From a virus (lineage: Duplodnaviria; Heunggongvirae; Uroviricota; Caudoviricetes), in the IMG/VR virus record IMGVR_UViG_3300009702_000022, positions 1 through 64,000 of that record: DNA of 64,000 nt, one strand, 5' to 3'. A program made the translations under genes and the position numbers. Positions 1 through 9,670 of this stretch are shown here, piece by piece; the first letter of the stretch is position 1, and each line of letters begins with the position of its first letter. The notes beneath the pieces were generated by a model. It was not told where the DNA came from. It saw nothing but the letters and a program-made list of their open reading frames with translations, and did no database searches.

Positions 1-925
1 AATTAACGAGCACTTGGCCACTAAAGGCTACGTGGATGCAAACGATAGCGACACAACAAATCACTCATTACTTACCAACCTCTCGGCTGATGACCACCCC
101 CAATATGTTCTAGCCGACGGCACACGCACCTTTACGACAAATGAAGCCACCGGTCTAGTTCTGTGGGACACTGGGAACAATTCTCTTGATACCACTAACC
201 AAGGTGGCAGTGTAGTAATAGGGGGCGACACCAACACAGTAGACGGTCGCAACTGTGCCATCATTGCAGGTTACACCAACGCCATCTCTGCTAATGTGGA
301 TGACTCAGTAATACTTGGTGGTGGATCTCACACGATCAACAAAAGTTACTCTGCGATTCTCGGTGGTTGGAATAATAGTGTCACTGGGAATTATGCTGGT
401 GTAATGGCAGGACATGCCAATGAAGCCAATGCTGATTTCAGCTTTGCGCATGGTAGATATGCTGTAGCTGACATTTACGGTGCACAAGCCCAGGCTTCAT
501 CAAGGATAGGAGTCTCTGGAGACGTCCAAACAATGGTTTGTACCCTCGTCCTGAATGACGGTTCAGGTAACTTGACAGAGATGTTTCTTGATTCAAGTGG
601 CGCTACACATGGGACAAAGCAGCTTCTTGTGCCTCCTAACACAGCTTGGGCAATAAAGGCTTTGGTTTGCGGTCTTGCGACAAATGGTTCTAAAATGGCT
701 GCATATGAATGGAGAGCAGGAGTTAGAAGGGATGGTACAGCTACGGCAGCTTTTATTGGGACTCCTGCACTCACAATAATTTCTGAGGATGACTCAAGCT
801 GGCAAACATCCATGACAATTGACACAACTACAAATGCCGTGCAAATCAGAGTAAACACAGCAGCAGGATGGTATGCTAACTGGTGTGCCCGAGTTGAAAT
901 CGTTCAAATAAAGGTGTTAGGATAA
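1..925 (+). CDS. tail fibre-like protein, C-terminal part; reading frame is open to the left window edge, so the gene is 5'-truncated
   Basis: Frame 2 has no stop from nt 2. Gly-rich ~13-aa repeats (GGDTNTV/GGGSHTI/LGGWNNSV) and a DDHPQY motif typical of phage fibre proteins. TAA stop at 923-925. Confidence 0.5.
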   Translation, partial: INEHLATKGYVDANDSDTTNHSLLTNLSADDHPQYVLADGTRTFTTNEATGLVLWDTGNNSLDTTNQGGSVVIGGDTNTVDGRNCAIIAGYTNAISANVDDSVILGGGSHTINKSYSAILGGWNNSVTGNYAGVMAGHANEANADFSFAHGRYAVADIYGAQAQASSRIGVSGDVQTMVCTLVLNDGSGNLTEMFLDSSGATHGTKQLLVPPNTAWAIKALVCGLATNGSKMAAYEWRAGVRRDGTATAAFIGTPALTIISEDDSSWQTSMTIDTTTNAVQIRVNTAAGWYANWCARVEIVQIKVLG

Positions 926-1347
926 TGAATCTCGATAGAATACCCGCCAACACACCGGTAGATATCCCTTCAAGAGCGGCCAAGACTTATCCTGATGTGT
1001 TCATAACTGACTTTCGAATTGGATATAATGGCGACGGTACACAACCCGCTACCGTAACTTTTCGAGGGTACAACTATGACACAAAGGAAATTGCTCCTGA
1101 GAAAACAAGAAACATCGTTCAAATAAAAAATATCTGGACTCAGGTTTCTCGAAGCCCAGTTGTAGCCGACGCTCTTGGCAGATTGGTTAATGCAATATCT
1201 CTCTTGTACCGAGAGAGGAACCTTCGAGAACAATTGCGAAGAACAGACGCAGGTATAGATAGGGATCGCCTAATCACTCGCTTCAATAATGTGCAAACAC
1301 TGTTGGGTATTAACCCGTTGGAAGACCCTCCGCCTTTTGTACCATAA
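925..1347 (+). CDS. hypothetical protein (140 aa), tail module
   Basis: ATGA overlap with upstream stop; intact ORF. Confidence 0.4.
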   Translation: MNLDRIPANTPVDIPSRAAKTYPDVFITDFRIGYNGDGTQPATVTFRGYNYDTKEIAPEKTRNIVQIKNIWTQVSRSPVVADALGRLVNAISLLYRERNLREQLRRTDAGIDRDRLITRFNNVQTLLGINPLEDPPPFVP

Positions 1348-1359
1348 TGGAATTGTAAA

Positions 1360-1602
1360 ATGGAACTCATGGAACTTGCTAAGTCATTCGGTCCTTTAAT
1401 TGGTATCGTCCTGTTCTTCATTTGGCGTGACTGGAAGCGTGAAGAGGGTTTGATTGACAGAGTGGAGAAATTGGAAGAGTTCAATACTGAGACACTAACT
1501 CATCTTGTAAAAGAGTCATCGTCAGTGATTGCTACCAACACAGAACAACTTCGCATCATGAACAGATTGATGACATCCTGCAAGGTAAAACAAGATGGCT
1601 AG
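1360..1602 (+). CDS. small membrane protein (one TM, then coiled coil)
   Basis: Hydrophobic stretch LIGIVLFFIW followed by a charged helix. TAG stop overlaps the next start (ATGGCTAG). Confidence 0.4.
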   Translation: MELMELAKSFGPLIGIVLFFIWRDWKREEGLIDRVEKLEEFNTETLTHLVKESSSVIATNTEQLRIMNRLMTSCKVKQDG

Positions 1603-2104
1603 ACCCAATTATCGATTGATCAAATTTATCCAGCGTAATATCCGTATGCTCAAAAAGGAGTTTGGGAATCCAATTACCGTTTATCGAATGGGTACAGCGA
1701 CAACGAATTATACTACGGGAGTAAAGAGTGTTGTTCGTTCGTCAGTCTATATTGGGAGAGCGATTGTCTTGCCTTCTCGGATAAAGCCAGAAGTAGTTCA
1801 AAGCATCTCCCTCATTTCATCAAACAAGAAGGTTGTGACCGGTGGCGCTTTGGAAACTGGTAAACGCACATTCATTATAGACCGATCTGATGTTGATTCT
1901 GACTGGATCGTGACTACCCAGGATTGGATCGTTTATGATGGAAAGCGATTTGACATTACTCAAGTAGATGAATACGAATACAAAACAGCTTGGCTGATTC
2001 AAGCCAAGGTAGTGGAAGGCGCGGAAGTCAACGAAGATCATTATGCCGCTGGCAACGCGTATCTTCTTTCATTAACACAATCGGCTTCGACCACGATTGC
2101 CTAA
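1595..2104 (+). CDS. hypothetical protein (169 aa)
   Basis: Intact ORF, coupled starts. Confidence 0.4.
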   Translation: MARPNYRLIKFIQRNIRMLKKEFGNPITVYRMGTATTNYTTGVKSVVRSSVYIGRAIVLPSRIKPEVVQSISLISSNKKVVTGGALETGKRTFIIDRSDVDSDWIVTTQDWIVYDGKRFDITQVDEYEYKTAWLIQAKVVEGAEVNEDHYAAGNAYLLSLTQSASTTIA

Positions 2105-2118
2105 CCGGAGGAAACGCA

Positions 2119-2601
2119 ATGGACAAGAACCTCGCGCGGTGGATCTTTCAGTCAATTGCAGTGTACTTTCAAAGCACAGCATCCGGGCTTTCATTACCGT
2201 ACTATGTTGAAGGCATCGATGAGATGGACGACGATATAATGCGGGCGGACCACGTTGAACTTAGAATCACTGGCCCAACGACCAAGGAAATCAGCAATGG
2301 TTATTTCACAGTTGACGTTGTGATAAACTTTTTGTTCACTAAGCTCATGTCAGCAAGCGACGCGGAAGCTTATGACTTGATACAGTGGACAGGAGAGTTT
2401 GCTAATGTCATGCTGGATCCAGTGCCCGTTTATAAACTTGGAAGTGGTGTTGATGACGATGGCAGTTTAATAGGCTGCCTCGAGGTGAAGAAGGGTTCTA
2501 ACGAAGCGGTTCGGATATGGCACTTCGGACGACTTGATAAGGATACGCGAGTCAATCAGTCCGTGTGTGACGCTTTGTACGGAATGGACTATACAACATA
2601 A
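2119..2601 (+). CDS. hypothetical protein (160 aa). Start moved to ATG 2119, which sits behind a GGAGG
   Basis: RBS GGAGG at 2107-2111. The track ORF 1990..2601 overlaps the previous gene in another frame. Confidence 0.4.
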   Translation: MDKNLARWIFQSIAVYFQSTASGLSLPYYVEGIDEMDDDIMRADHVELRITGPTTKEISNGYFTVDVVINFLFTKLMSASDAEAYDLIQWTGEFANVMLDPVPVYKLGSGVDDDGSLIGCLEVKKGSNEAVRIWHFGRLDKDTRVNQSVCDALYGMDYTT

Positions 2602-2622
2602 ACCTCCATAGGAGATAACCTA

Positions 2623-3375
2623 ATGGCACGCATCGAAATGCGAAACGTGACCATCTACATTCAGGACGGTCTGAGTGGCAGTGGTGTAATGACCAACAAT
2701 GCCTCAGCGAACGACACCACGTTCAACATTGGTACGGTTGTTCTTAACACTACCAACACTGCCTCTGTCCCTGTGGGTGCTCGATTCTATGTTGCTGGCG
2801 AAACGACCAACTTGGTTCACACTGTGACTTCTCGTGGTCCTGCCAGCGGCAACACAAACAACATCACCTTTACCCCTGCGCTTGGTGCTGGAACGTACAA
2901 TAGTGCGAACAGTAACAATGCCGTTACCTTCCTTCCTCAGCGGGTGGAAGTCAAAATTGGTAAAGGTAACCTTACTTGGACTGAAGCTCAGGATTTTGAG
3001 TATCTTACCGATCGTGGTACGCTTGATACGGTGAAGCGCAATGACGATCAACCGGTCAAGATGAATCTTGAATTCGTGTACGAGTACATCCGAACTCAAT
3101 CCGGTCAAGACCTTACGCCAGTAGACGCCATCAAGCAAACTGGTAATGCGGTTGAGTGGGTAACCAGTGCTACTGACCAATGTGAACCTTACGCGGTTGA
3201 CATTCGTGCTCTACACTGCGTTCCGTGTGGGACGGATCAGGACGAAGACGTTGTGTTCAACGATTTCCGTTGGGAGTCGCTAGACTTCGATATGAATGCG
3301 GCCACTATTGCAGTATCTGGACAATGCAATGTGACCGAGCCAACAATTACGCGTTCCGATAACACGGAATGCTAA
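2623..3375 (+). CDS. putative major tail (tube) or other abundant structural protein
   Basis: Thr/Asn/Ala/Gly-rich 250-aa protein sitting just upstream of the chaperone/tape-measure genes and followed by a perfect 9-bp hairpin. Assignment by position only. Confidence 0.35.
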   Translation: MARIEMRNVTIYIQDGLSGSGVMTNNASANDTTFNIGTVVLNTTNTASVPVGARFYVAGETTNLVHTVTSRGPASGNTNNITFTPALGAGTYNSANSNNAVTFLPQRVEVKIGKGNLTWTEAQDFEYLTDRGTLDTVKRNDDQPVKMNLEFVYEYIRTQSGQDLTPVDAIKQTGNAVEWVTSATDQCEPYAVDIRALHCVPCGTDQDEDVVFNDFRWESLDFDMNAATIAVSGQCNVTEPTITRSDNTEC

Positions 3376-3387
3376 TCTTTGTCTGCA

Positions 3388-3412
3388 CAGGGGGACATAT
3401 TTTGTCCCCCTG
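3388..3412 (+). terminator. hairpin CAGGGGGAC-ATATTTT-GTCCCCCTG after the putative major tail gene
   Basis: Perfect 9-bp GC-rich inverted repeat seen in the sequence; no clean U-tract follows. Confidence 0.45.
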
Positions 3413-3452
3413 CGCAGGCCCTCTTTCCTAACGCCTTATAAGGAATAATGAA

Positions 3453-3722
3453 ATGAAGATTGGTGGAAAGCCAGTTACGAAGTGTATGGAAATTCTTGTT
3501 CTTCCGCGAGTTGATGATGATATTATCATCAAAGCCGAAGCAGTGGCATATAATGATGAATTCGAAGCAATGGTTCCGATGCCAATTGCTCCTAGTGTAC
3601 GGACCAAAAATGGCAAGAAAGCCGACACTGAAGATCCGGATTACTTGAAGGCTCTCGAAGTTCGCAATGAGAAGCGATGGAATTACATGTGCATTAAGTC
3701 GCTGATCCCGAGTGAAATCTAG
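3453..3722 (+). CDS. tail assembly chaperone, gpG-like (89 aa, acidic)
   Basis: Small acidic protein immediately upstream of the tape measure, ending in TAG at 3720-3722. Confidence 0.5.
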   Translation: MKIGGKPVTKCMEILVLPRVDDDIIIKAEAVAYNDEFEAMVPMPIAPSVRTKNGKKADTEDPDYLKALEVRNEKRWNYMCIKSLIPSEI

Positions 3723-4097
3723 TGGGAAAAGGTTGATCTGTCCAAGCCTGACACATGGAAGTATTGGAAGACCGAACTTTTGGAAGCCGGTCTGTCCGAA
3801 ATTGAAGTAGGGCGGATTCAAGCTGCTGTTCAATGCGCAAATTCTCTTGATGAAGAGAAGTTAAAGGAAGCTCGTGATTCTTTTGTACTTGGTCAGGATC
3901 AGTAGCCCGGAAGATCCTTTGGCCATCTTATCGTACGGCTAAGTATGCTATTTGGTCGGCTTGCGAACGTTTCGGTGTTCGTCCGCCCGGAGTAAAATCG
4001 GATTGGGATGACATGGATGTCATCGCTCAGGCCGATCTTATATCATACAACCAAGTGGCCGGGCATGATGAAAATCCACCCATAAACATTGGCATTA
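3723..4097 (+). other. start-less coding extension of the chaperone (gpT-like): 61 codons in frame after the TAG (3723-3902), a second TAG, then a -1 switch to frame 2, which is open 3878-4097
   Basis: Protein-like translations WEKVDLSKPDTWKYWKTELLEAGLSEIEVGRIQAAVQ... then ...RKILWPSYRTAKYAIWSACERFGVRPPGVKSDWDDMDVIAQ... with no usable start codon. Frames 1 and 2 are closed around the end of G. Confidence 0.4.
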
Positions 4098-4101
4098 AAT
4101 A

Positions 4102-4632
4102 ATGGCACGAACTGGATGGTATGGAACATTATACAGCATGACTCTGGACATGCCTAAAATTCGAACATTTTTGTTCCATGAAATGATCAAAATAAACCAA
4201 AAGGCCGGCCGGGTCTGGCTTACAGATGCAGTATTCGGCACTCCTATCCCTATCTGGTCAGGGGCTTCTCGGGCATCGTTCGCGCGACTTGCCGCTAAAC
4301 TGAACTGGTATATTCCATCTGGTCCGAGGGTATTAACTTGCCCTTTCACACGAGGGCACGCGTTTGGAATGAAGTTTGACAGTGGTACGGAAGTATATGC
4401 CAACAAAAACATTATGTATGTTGGTTTTCAGTTTGCTACTAAACTTCCTCACCTATTGTATAACGAGAGTAATGCTCCAAATCCTGGACCTTATCCACGG
4501 CCTTGGTCTCGTGGCGTGAGATTCACTCCTTACAATTTCGAGAACCGAGTTCTGAGAACTTGGAAAAGATATGCAGAACGTCAGAAGTTACCAAACCCAT
4601 TTCAATGGTTGGAAGTAAAGAGGATCCGGTAA
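4102..4632 (+). CDS. hypothetical protein (176 aa) between the chaperone and the tape measure
   Basis: Intact ORF; TAA stop one nt before ATG 4634. Confidence 0.45.
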   Translation: MARTGWYGTLYSMTLDMPKIRTFLFHEMIKINQKAGRVWLTDAVFGTPIPIWSGASRASFARLAAKLNWYIPSGPRVLTCPFTRGHAFGMKFDSGTEVYANKNIMYVGFQFATKLPHLLYNESNAPNPGPYPRPWSRGVRFTPYNFENRVLRTWKRYAERQKLPNPFQWLEVKRIR

Positions 4633-4633
4633 T

Positions 4634-5941
4634 ATGCAGGAAATTAAACAAAAACTGGGCTTCGATGCAAAGAACGCCATTGATAATCTAGAAGCACTCT
4701 CGAAGAAGTTGATTATTGTCAATACTCATCTTGAAAAGATGAATAATCTTATGAAGGCCACTGGTCTTAGTAAGATAACCAAAAAGTTTAATGAGCTGGA
4801 CAGGAGTGCCGGAAAATCTAGTGGAAAGATCCGACGTTTCTTGCAATCCTTCACTGGTATCAATCCTATCACGGCTGGCTTTCGAGTATTATCGTCGGTG
4901 TTCCGTGAGGCCATTGTTGAGGCCACTAAATTTGGTTTGAAAGTAGCCGAAATTCAAACCATTGGTGGTAAAATGGAAAAGAATAATGACCAAATAACCG
5001 CCAGTGTTATGCGATTATCAAGTGCTTTTGGTATTGCTGCTACTGACGTGGCTGAGGGATTGTATCAGACATTGTCTAACCAAGTGGTAAAAGCGTCTAA
5101 GGCCACTGATTTCTTAGCATCTTCTTTGAAGTTGGCTAAGGTGACAGCAGCATCTTCTGGTGATGCTATCAATGCATTATCATCTGTTTTGAACACTTAT
5201 AAGGAACGCGCTGGTGGAGCCGCTGAAGCATCGGATGTGTTGTTCAAGATGGTTGAATTCGGTCGTTTACGATTGAATGAAGTTGGAAACATTCTTGGTC
5301 GTGTTCTTCCTCTTACATCTCAGATGGGTGTAAGCTTTAAAGAAACTGCTGCCGCCATCGCGGTTATGACCCGTCAAGGTGTTAAAGCCGACACGGCTGT
5401 CACACAGCTTCGTGCTGTAATGCAGAAGATCATTAAGCCAACTGAGTCCATGAAGAAATTGTTCCGGAGTTGGGGCGTCAAGGATGGTCCAGATGCTATC
5501 AAGACCTTCGGTGGTCTTTATAACATGCTCCGTAAAATGTCAAGGGAAGTTGGCGGAAGCAATGCCGAGATGGCTAAGTATTTCCGACGTGTTCGTGCTA
5601 TTGTTGGCCAAATGTCATTATTGAATGACAATGGCGAACTAATGATTCAAACAATGAAGGAAATGGAAAAAGCCACTGGAGCAACAAACGATGCGTGGGC
5701 AGAGTTCCAAAAGACTGATGCCCAGAAGTTAATACAATCGTGGATTGAATTTAAAAACGCAATCATTGAAACCGGTCGCGCAATGTCTGGCGCCCTATCT
5801 GTACTGGTAGACTGGGCAAAATACATTGCAATTGTTGCTGATAAAGGTGTAAAAGCAATTAGCGGATGGTGGATCCACTTGCTAATCAGCAACAGCAATT
5901 ACAAGGTCTTTCTGATTACTGGGCAAATCTTCCCGAGCTGA
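4634..5941 (+). CDS. tail tape measure protein, N-terminal part (TP901-type core region)
   Basis: Motifs AEIQTIGG...ITASVMRLSSAFGIAATDVAEGLYQTLSN typical of the tape-measure core; helical, Ala/Lys-rich. Confidence 0.7.
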   Translation: MQEIKQKLGFDAKNAIDNLEALSKKLIIVNTHLEKMNNLMKATGLSKITKKFNELDRSAGKSSGKIRRFLQSFTGINPITAGFRVLSSVFREAIVEATKFGLKVAEIQTIGGKMEKNNDQITASVMRLSSAFGIAATDVAEGLYQTLSNQVVKASKATDFLASSLKLAKVTAASSGDAINALSSVLNTYKERAGGAAEASDVLFKMVEFGRLRLNEVGNILGRVLPLTSQMGVSFKETAAAIAVMTRQGVKADTAVTQLRAVMQKIIKPTESMKKLFRSWGVKDGPDAIKTFGGLYNMLRKMSREVGGSNAEMAKYFRRVRAIVGQMSLLNDNGELMIQTMKEMEKATGATNDAWAEFQKTDAQKLIQSWIEFKNAIIETGRAMSGALSVLVDWAKYIAIVADKGVKAISGWWIHLLISNSNYKVFLITGQIFPS

Positions 5942-8133
5942 TAATCAAACCTGCCAAAGTGCTGAGTAAAGAATACAAAAAAGCAGCATCTGATGCACTA
6001 CAAGCTTTGTTACCTTTGAAAAAAGAGTTCTTTCGTATCACTGATGCCATGCAAGCATCGGCTGATAGGATGGTTAACATTGCTTCCGATACAGTAGGTG
6101 AGATCGCTGATAATTACAAGACTATAATTAGCGATTTGAAAAAAGTTATTGACGATTTACCAAAGCAAGCTAAGAAAGCTCGTGATGATATTGGTAAGAT
6201 CAATGCAAGTGCCGAGAAAAGGGATTTTGACAGAAGGCTTCGCAATGCTAAATCTGAGTATGAACGACGAACTATTTTAGCTAATGAGTTCAATAAATTA
6301 CAGAACAAGTTAACTGCTCTTACTTATAAAGGAAATTTGACAAAAGAGGATCGTGAAGCGGCTGTTAAACTTCATAACCAAGCGATTTCGTTAGCCAACG
6401 CTCAAGAGATTAAAGCAACTGAAGATAAGCGATATCAAGAGGCTAATATATGGCAAGCGCGACAAAGGAAAAACGATGAAGTAGCAAAGCGAGTCCAACA
6501 GATCTTCATAGCTCAGGCCGAGAAGAAAGCATATCTGGCTAAAGAAGCCTCTAAGACTTTAGAAAGAGACTCGAAACAAGTCAAAGAGTTAACTAAGCAG
6601 ATCCAGGATCAATTGAAGATCCAATCTGAGAATGCTTTGAAGAGAGGCCCTGCCGCCCGGGCTGCTGTCGAGTCATCCAGGAAAACCATTGATGAATTGA
6701 AGAAGCAGCTTGCTGTATACAAGATTCCGGATAGAGCAAGAGATTTTCTAAAATCTCTCGGTGTGGATCCGTCTGGAATAGATGAGTTGAATAAATCAAT
6801 CCAAGATGGATTGAGTAAAAATTTGACGAAATTGCAACTTGATCTGAAAAGTGTTCAGACTCAGCTTCTATCAAAAACATTTGATATACGAGTTAAACTT
6901 CATGAAAAACAATTGAGAGAACAAGCCGCTGTTTTGAAAATTCCTAATGCCCAAGAAAAGGATGTCTTTGATTTGAAGGCAGCAGTTACTGCAAAGGCCG
7001 AGCAGATTAGTATAGTAACCAGTGATACTGAACAAAAGATTAAGCACATAGAAAAGTCGTTATCAGGATTTGCAAAAGAGTATGATAAAATCGACACCCA
7101 AATCGTAACGACCACCAATCTATCAAAAAAGAGTACAAGGACTTTTGGCGACATGTTCTCAGTTTTGTATAGGAGATATACGAATGCTCTTCAAGGAAAG
7201 ACAAGGGGTAAAAACGAAAGAGAAAGATTTGTGAATGTCGCTAATGAAGTTAGGGGAATCACCCCTGAGTATGTTAAAATACAAAATAGATTGGATGGCA
7301 TTCATAAGAGACTATTAAAACATGTTCATGTAGAACAAGGTGAACTAGATATTGTAAGGCAAATATCAAGTGAATATGAAAAAACAGGAAAAATAACAGT
7401 AGCAGGTAAAAAAGCCATCGATGCACGAGCAAATGCCTTGGAAAAGGAAAGATCGGCAGTAGATGAACTAATAAAGTTGAGGAAAGATTTAGCTACACCT
7501 ATTCAAAAAGACGTGTTGAGACAAGTTCTCCCTGAGTCAATTACAAAAGATTTGGAAGACTCGGCCAAGGCTGGCAAGAAAGCCATAGAAGGTCAAGGTG
7601 TAGCAGCGCAAAATGTAAAACCTAAACTGCAATCCAACGCTGACACTTCTCATAAAATTGCGCAGAATTCATTTTCCACTGTAAATGCAATGAATCAGTT
7701 TGCCGTGAGTGCTGGTAATGCTCAAGGCCCTCTTGGGAATGTTTTACAAGTGGTAACTCAAATCAGGGACACTGCTCTTGAAGCCGCTAATGCCGTTGCA
7801 AGAACTGGAGGCGGTGGAGGTGGAAAGGCTACAAAGACTGCTAAGTTCGGTCGCTTCTTTGCACAAGGGGGCAGGGGAACGGATGTTATCAATGCCATGC
7901 TGTCTCCGGGAGAGATGGTAATTAACTCCCGAAGTTCACAGAATTTCTTCTCGCAATTGAATGCAATGAATCAAGGTAGCCAGCCTGTTTACCGAGAGCA
8001 GGGTGGTCCAGTCACCAACGTAGGTGACATCAATGTCTCGGTGAACGGTGGCGATAGCTCGCAGCAAACGGTGCGCGAGATCGGCAGAGCGTTGCGACGT
8101 GAGATCCAACGCGGCACCATAAAACTTCGTTAA
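5866..8133 (+). CDS. tail tape measure protein, C-terminal coiled-coil part. Probably continuous with 4634..5941 across a -1 frame break near 5860-5870
   Basis: Frame 1 is open from 5863. 755 aa, K/E/Q-rich coiled coil, with the Gly-rich, GG-containing end typical of tape measures. Confidence 0.65.
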   Translation: MVDPLANQQQQLQGLSDYWANLPELIIKPAKVLSKEYKKAASDALQALLPLKKEFFRITDAMQASADRMVNIASDTVGEIADNYKTIISDLKKVIDDLPKQAKKARDDIGKINASAEKRDFDRRLRNAKSEYERRTILANEFNKLQNKLTALTYKGNLTKEDREAAVKLHNQAISLANAQEIKATEDKRYQEANIWQARQRKNDEVAKRVQQIFIAQAEKKAYLAKEASKTLERDSKQVKELTKQIQDQLKIQSENALKRGPAARAAVESSRKTIDELKKQLAVYKIPDRARDFLKSLGVDPSGIDELNKSIQDGLSKNLTKLQLDLKSVQTQLLSKTFDIRVKLHEKQLREQAAVLKIPNAQEKDVFDLKAAVTAKAEQISIVTSDTEQKIKHIEKSLSGFAKEYDKIDTQIVTTTNLSKKSTRTFGDMFSVLYRRYTNALQGKTRGKNERERFVNVANEVRGITPEYVKIQNRLDGIHKRLLKHVHVEQGELDIVRQISSEYEKTGKITVAGKKAIDARANALEKERSAVDELIKLRKDLATPIQKDVLRQVLPESITKDLEDSAKAGKKAIEGQGVAAQNVKPKLQSNADTSHKIAQNSFSTVNAMNQFAVSAGNAQGPLGNVLQVVTQIRDTALEAANAVARTGGGGGGKATKTAKFGRFFAQGGRGTDVINAMLSPGEMVINSRSSQNFFSQLNAMNQGSQPVYREQGGPVTNVGDINVSVNGGDSSQQTVREIGRALRREIQRGTIKLR

Positions 8134-8138
8134 CTCTT

Positions 8139-8648
8139 TTGGAGATATCAATGAAAGCCCAAGCGTTTCAACCCAAAGGCCGATTCCATGTCGAGCACCT
8201 TGACAAGGACGGCAATCTCAAAGGCACGTACGATTTTCCTAATGGAATCGTTGATGTAGGAATCAATGATATCTTGGATGTAGAATTTGGCAGCGGTTCT
8301 CAATCGGGAACTTGGTACATCGGCCTTATTGACAATTCTGGTTTCTCGGCCTTGGACGCCGGAGACACACTTTCCAGTCACAGTGGTTGGAGTGAATTCG
8401 TAAGCTACACTGAGGCTAATCGAGTCGAGTGGGTCGATGATGCGGCAGCAAGTCGTTCAAAGACCAACTCCACTACGTCAAACTTCAGTGTTAATGCCAC
8501 TGGTAATGTCTATGGAATCTTCTTGTCCAATAACAATGTGAAGAGCACAGGCAACACTGGCATTCTTTGGTCTACTGCTGCGTTTTCCAGCGTTGTGGCG
8601 ACGGCCAACGGTGACACACTGAAAGTCACGTATACAGTGAGTGGCTGA
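8139..8648 (+). CDS. hypothetical tail protein (169 aa), at the position of a distal-tail protein
   Basis: Synteny only. Followed by a GC hairpin at 8657-8680. Confidence 0.35.
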   Translation: MEISMKAQAFQPKGRFHVEHLDKDGNLKGTYDFPNGIVDVGINDILDVEFGSGSQSGTWYIGLIDNSGFSALDAGDTLSSHSGWSEFVSYTEANRVEWVDDAAASRSKTNSTTSNFSVNATGNVYGIFLSNNNVKSTGNTGILWSTAAFSSVVATANGDTLKVTYTVSG

Positions 8649-8686
8649 TCTTAACGGGGCGGCGGGGCGGCTCGCCGCCCTTGCCC

Positions 8687-8759
8687 GCACTCGTAGCTCA
8701 ATAGGCAGAGCACCTGATTTGTAATCAGGTTGTTGGGGGTTCAATTCCCTCCGGGTGCT
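8687..8759 (+). tRNA. tRNA-Thr, anticodon UGU
   Basis: Cloverleaf folded by hand. Acceptor GCACTCG/CGGGTGC; D arm GCTC-AATAGGCA-GAGC; anticodon arm CCTGA-TTTGTAA-TCAGG; T arm GGGGG-TTCAATT-CCCTC; discriminator T. Confidence 0.75.
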
Positions 8760-8773
8760 CTTAGGAGAACGAT

Positions 8774-9670
8774 ATGGTAAGACGAGAACAATTTGTGAAT
8801 GATGCCAGTGCCACAATGAATGGCACGGTGAACTCTACCACAACAAGTTTTGTTGTGGATGATGCTTCAGTATTTCCAACCAGTGGGGACTTCCGCCTAT
8901 TGGTGGACAGCGAAGTTGTTCTAGTCACTGATGTGACAGCCAACACTCTCACTGTTGAGCGCGGAGTTGACGGAACAACCGCCGCCACCCACGCTGACAC
9001 TGCTTCCATCGAAGCGGTGCTTACAGCAGGGGCAATTGACCAATACATGGACGACGCAACTGCTGGGTACAGTGACCGCTACCCATTCCGAATCTTGGAT
9101 GAGAGTGGGAATACTCTAACTTCATCGGACTTTACCTGGGTCAACCAAGGAACCGCCACCGTGTCAGACGACACCTGGGGCGGAATCACCATGACAACCA
9201 ACACATTGGCTGGTGATAATATGCGAATTCTAAAACGATCAGCGCCCTCTGGGGCCTGGAAACTGACTGCTCACTTCCTCTTCGGCCCGGGCTACAACAA
9301 TGGCGGCGGCAGCAGCAGTTCCTATATGTCTCTGCTAGTTCGCGAGTCGGACACAGGCAAGCTGGGAGTCATTGAGATTCGCATTGGTGGTTTGGTACGA
9401 GTTCGTAGGTATTCCAGCCCAACCAGCTTTAATTCAGAGCAGGCCACCCTTGACTTCTCCAGTGACCGGGCTTGGTTGCAAATTGAAGACGACGCCACCG
9501 ACCTGACTTTCCGCATTTCTGCGGACGGAATCAATTGGCTGGACGTGGCGAGTTATGCACGCGCAACTTACATGACCAGCGCTGGGCCTGACGAGATTGG
9601 CTTTCTGGCCAACAGCGATAGTGGCACTAACTTGCAGCCTTATCACATTCAAGCGTGGATAGTGGAATGA
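8774..9670 (+). CDS. tail protein, paralog A (298 aa), candidate receptor-binding protein
   Basis: Full-length paralog of the next gene (FVN...TVNSTxTSxV..DA...P..GDF...V..E..LVT...ANTLTV.RG.DGT; C-terminal DAT...F.IS.DG.NWL...G.). TGA/ATG overlap. Confidence 0.5.
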   Translation: MVRREQFVNDASATMNGTVNSTTTSFVVDDASVFPTSGDFRLLVDSEVVLVTDVTANTLTVERGVDGTTAATHADTASIEAVLTAGAIDQYMDDATAGYSDRYPFRILDESGNTLTSSDFTWVNQGTATVSDDTWGGITMTTNTLAGDNMRILKRSAPSGAWKLTAHFLFGPGYNNGGGSSSSYMSLLVRESDTGKLGVIEIRIGGLVRVRRYSSPTSFNSEQATLDFSSDRAWLQIEDDATDLTFRISADGINWLDVASYARATYMTSAGPDEIGFLANSDSGTNLQPYHIQAWIVE

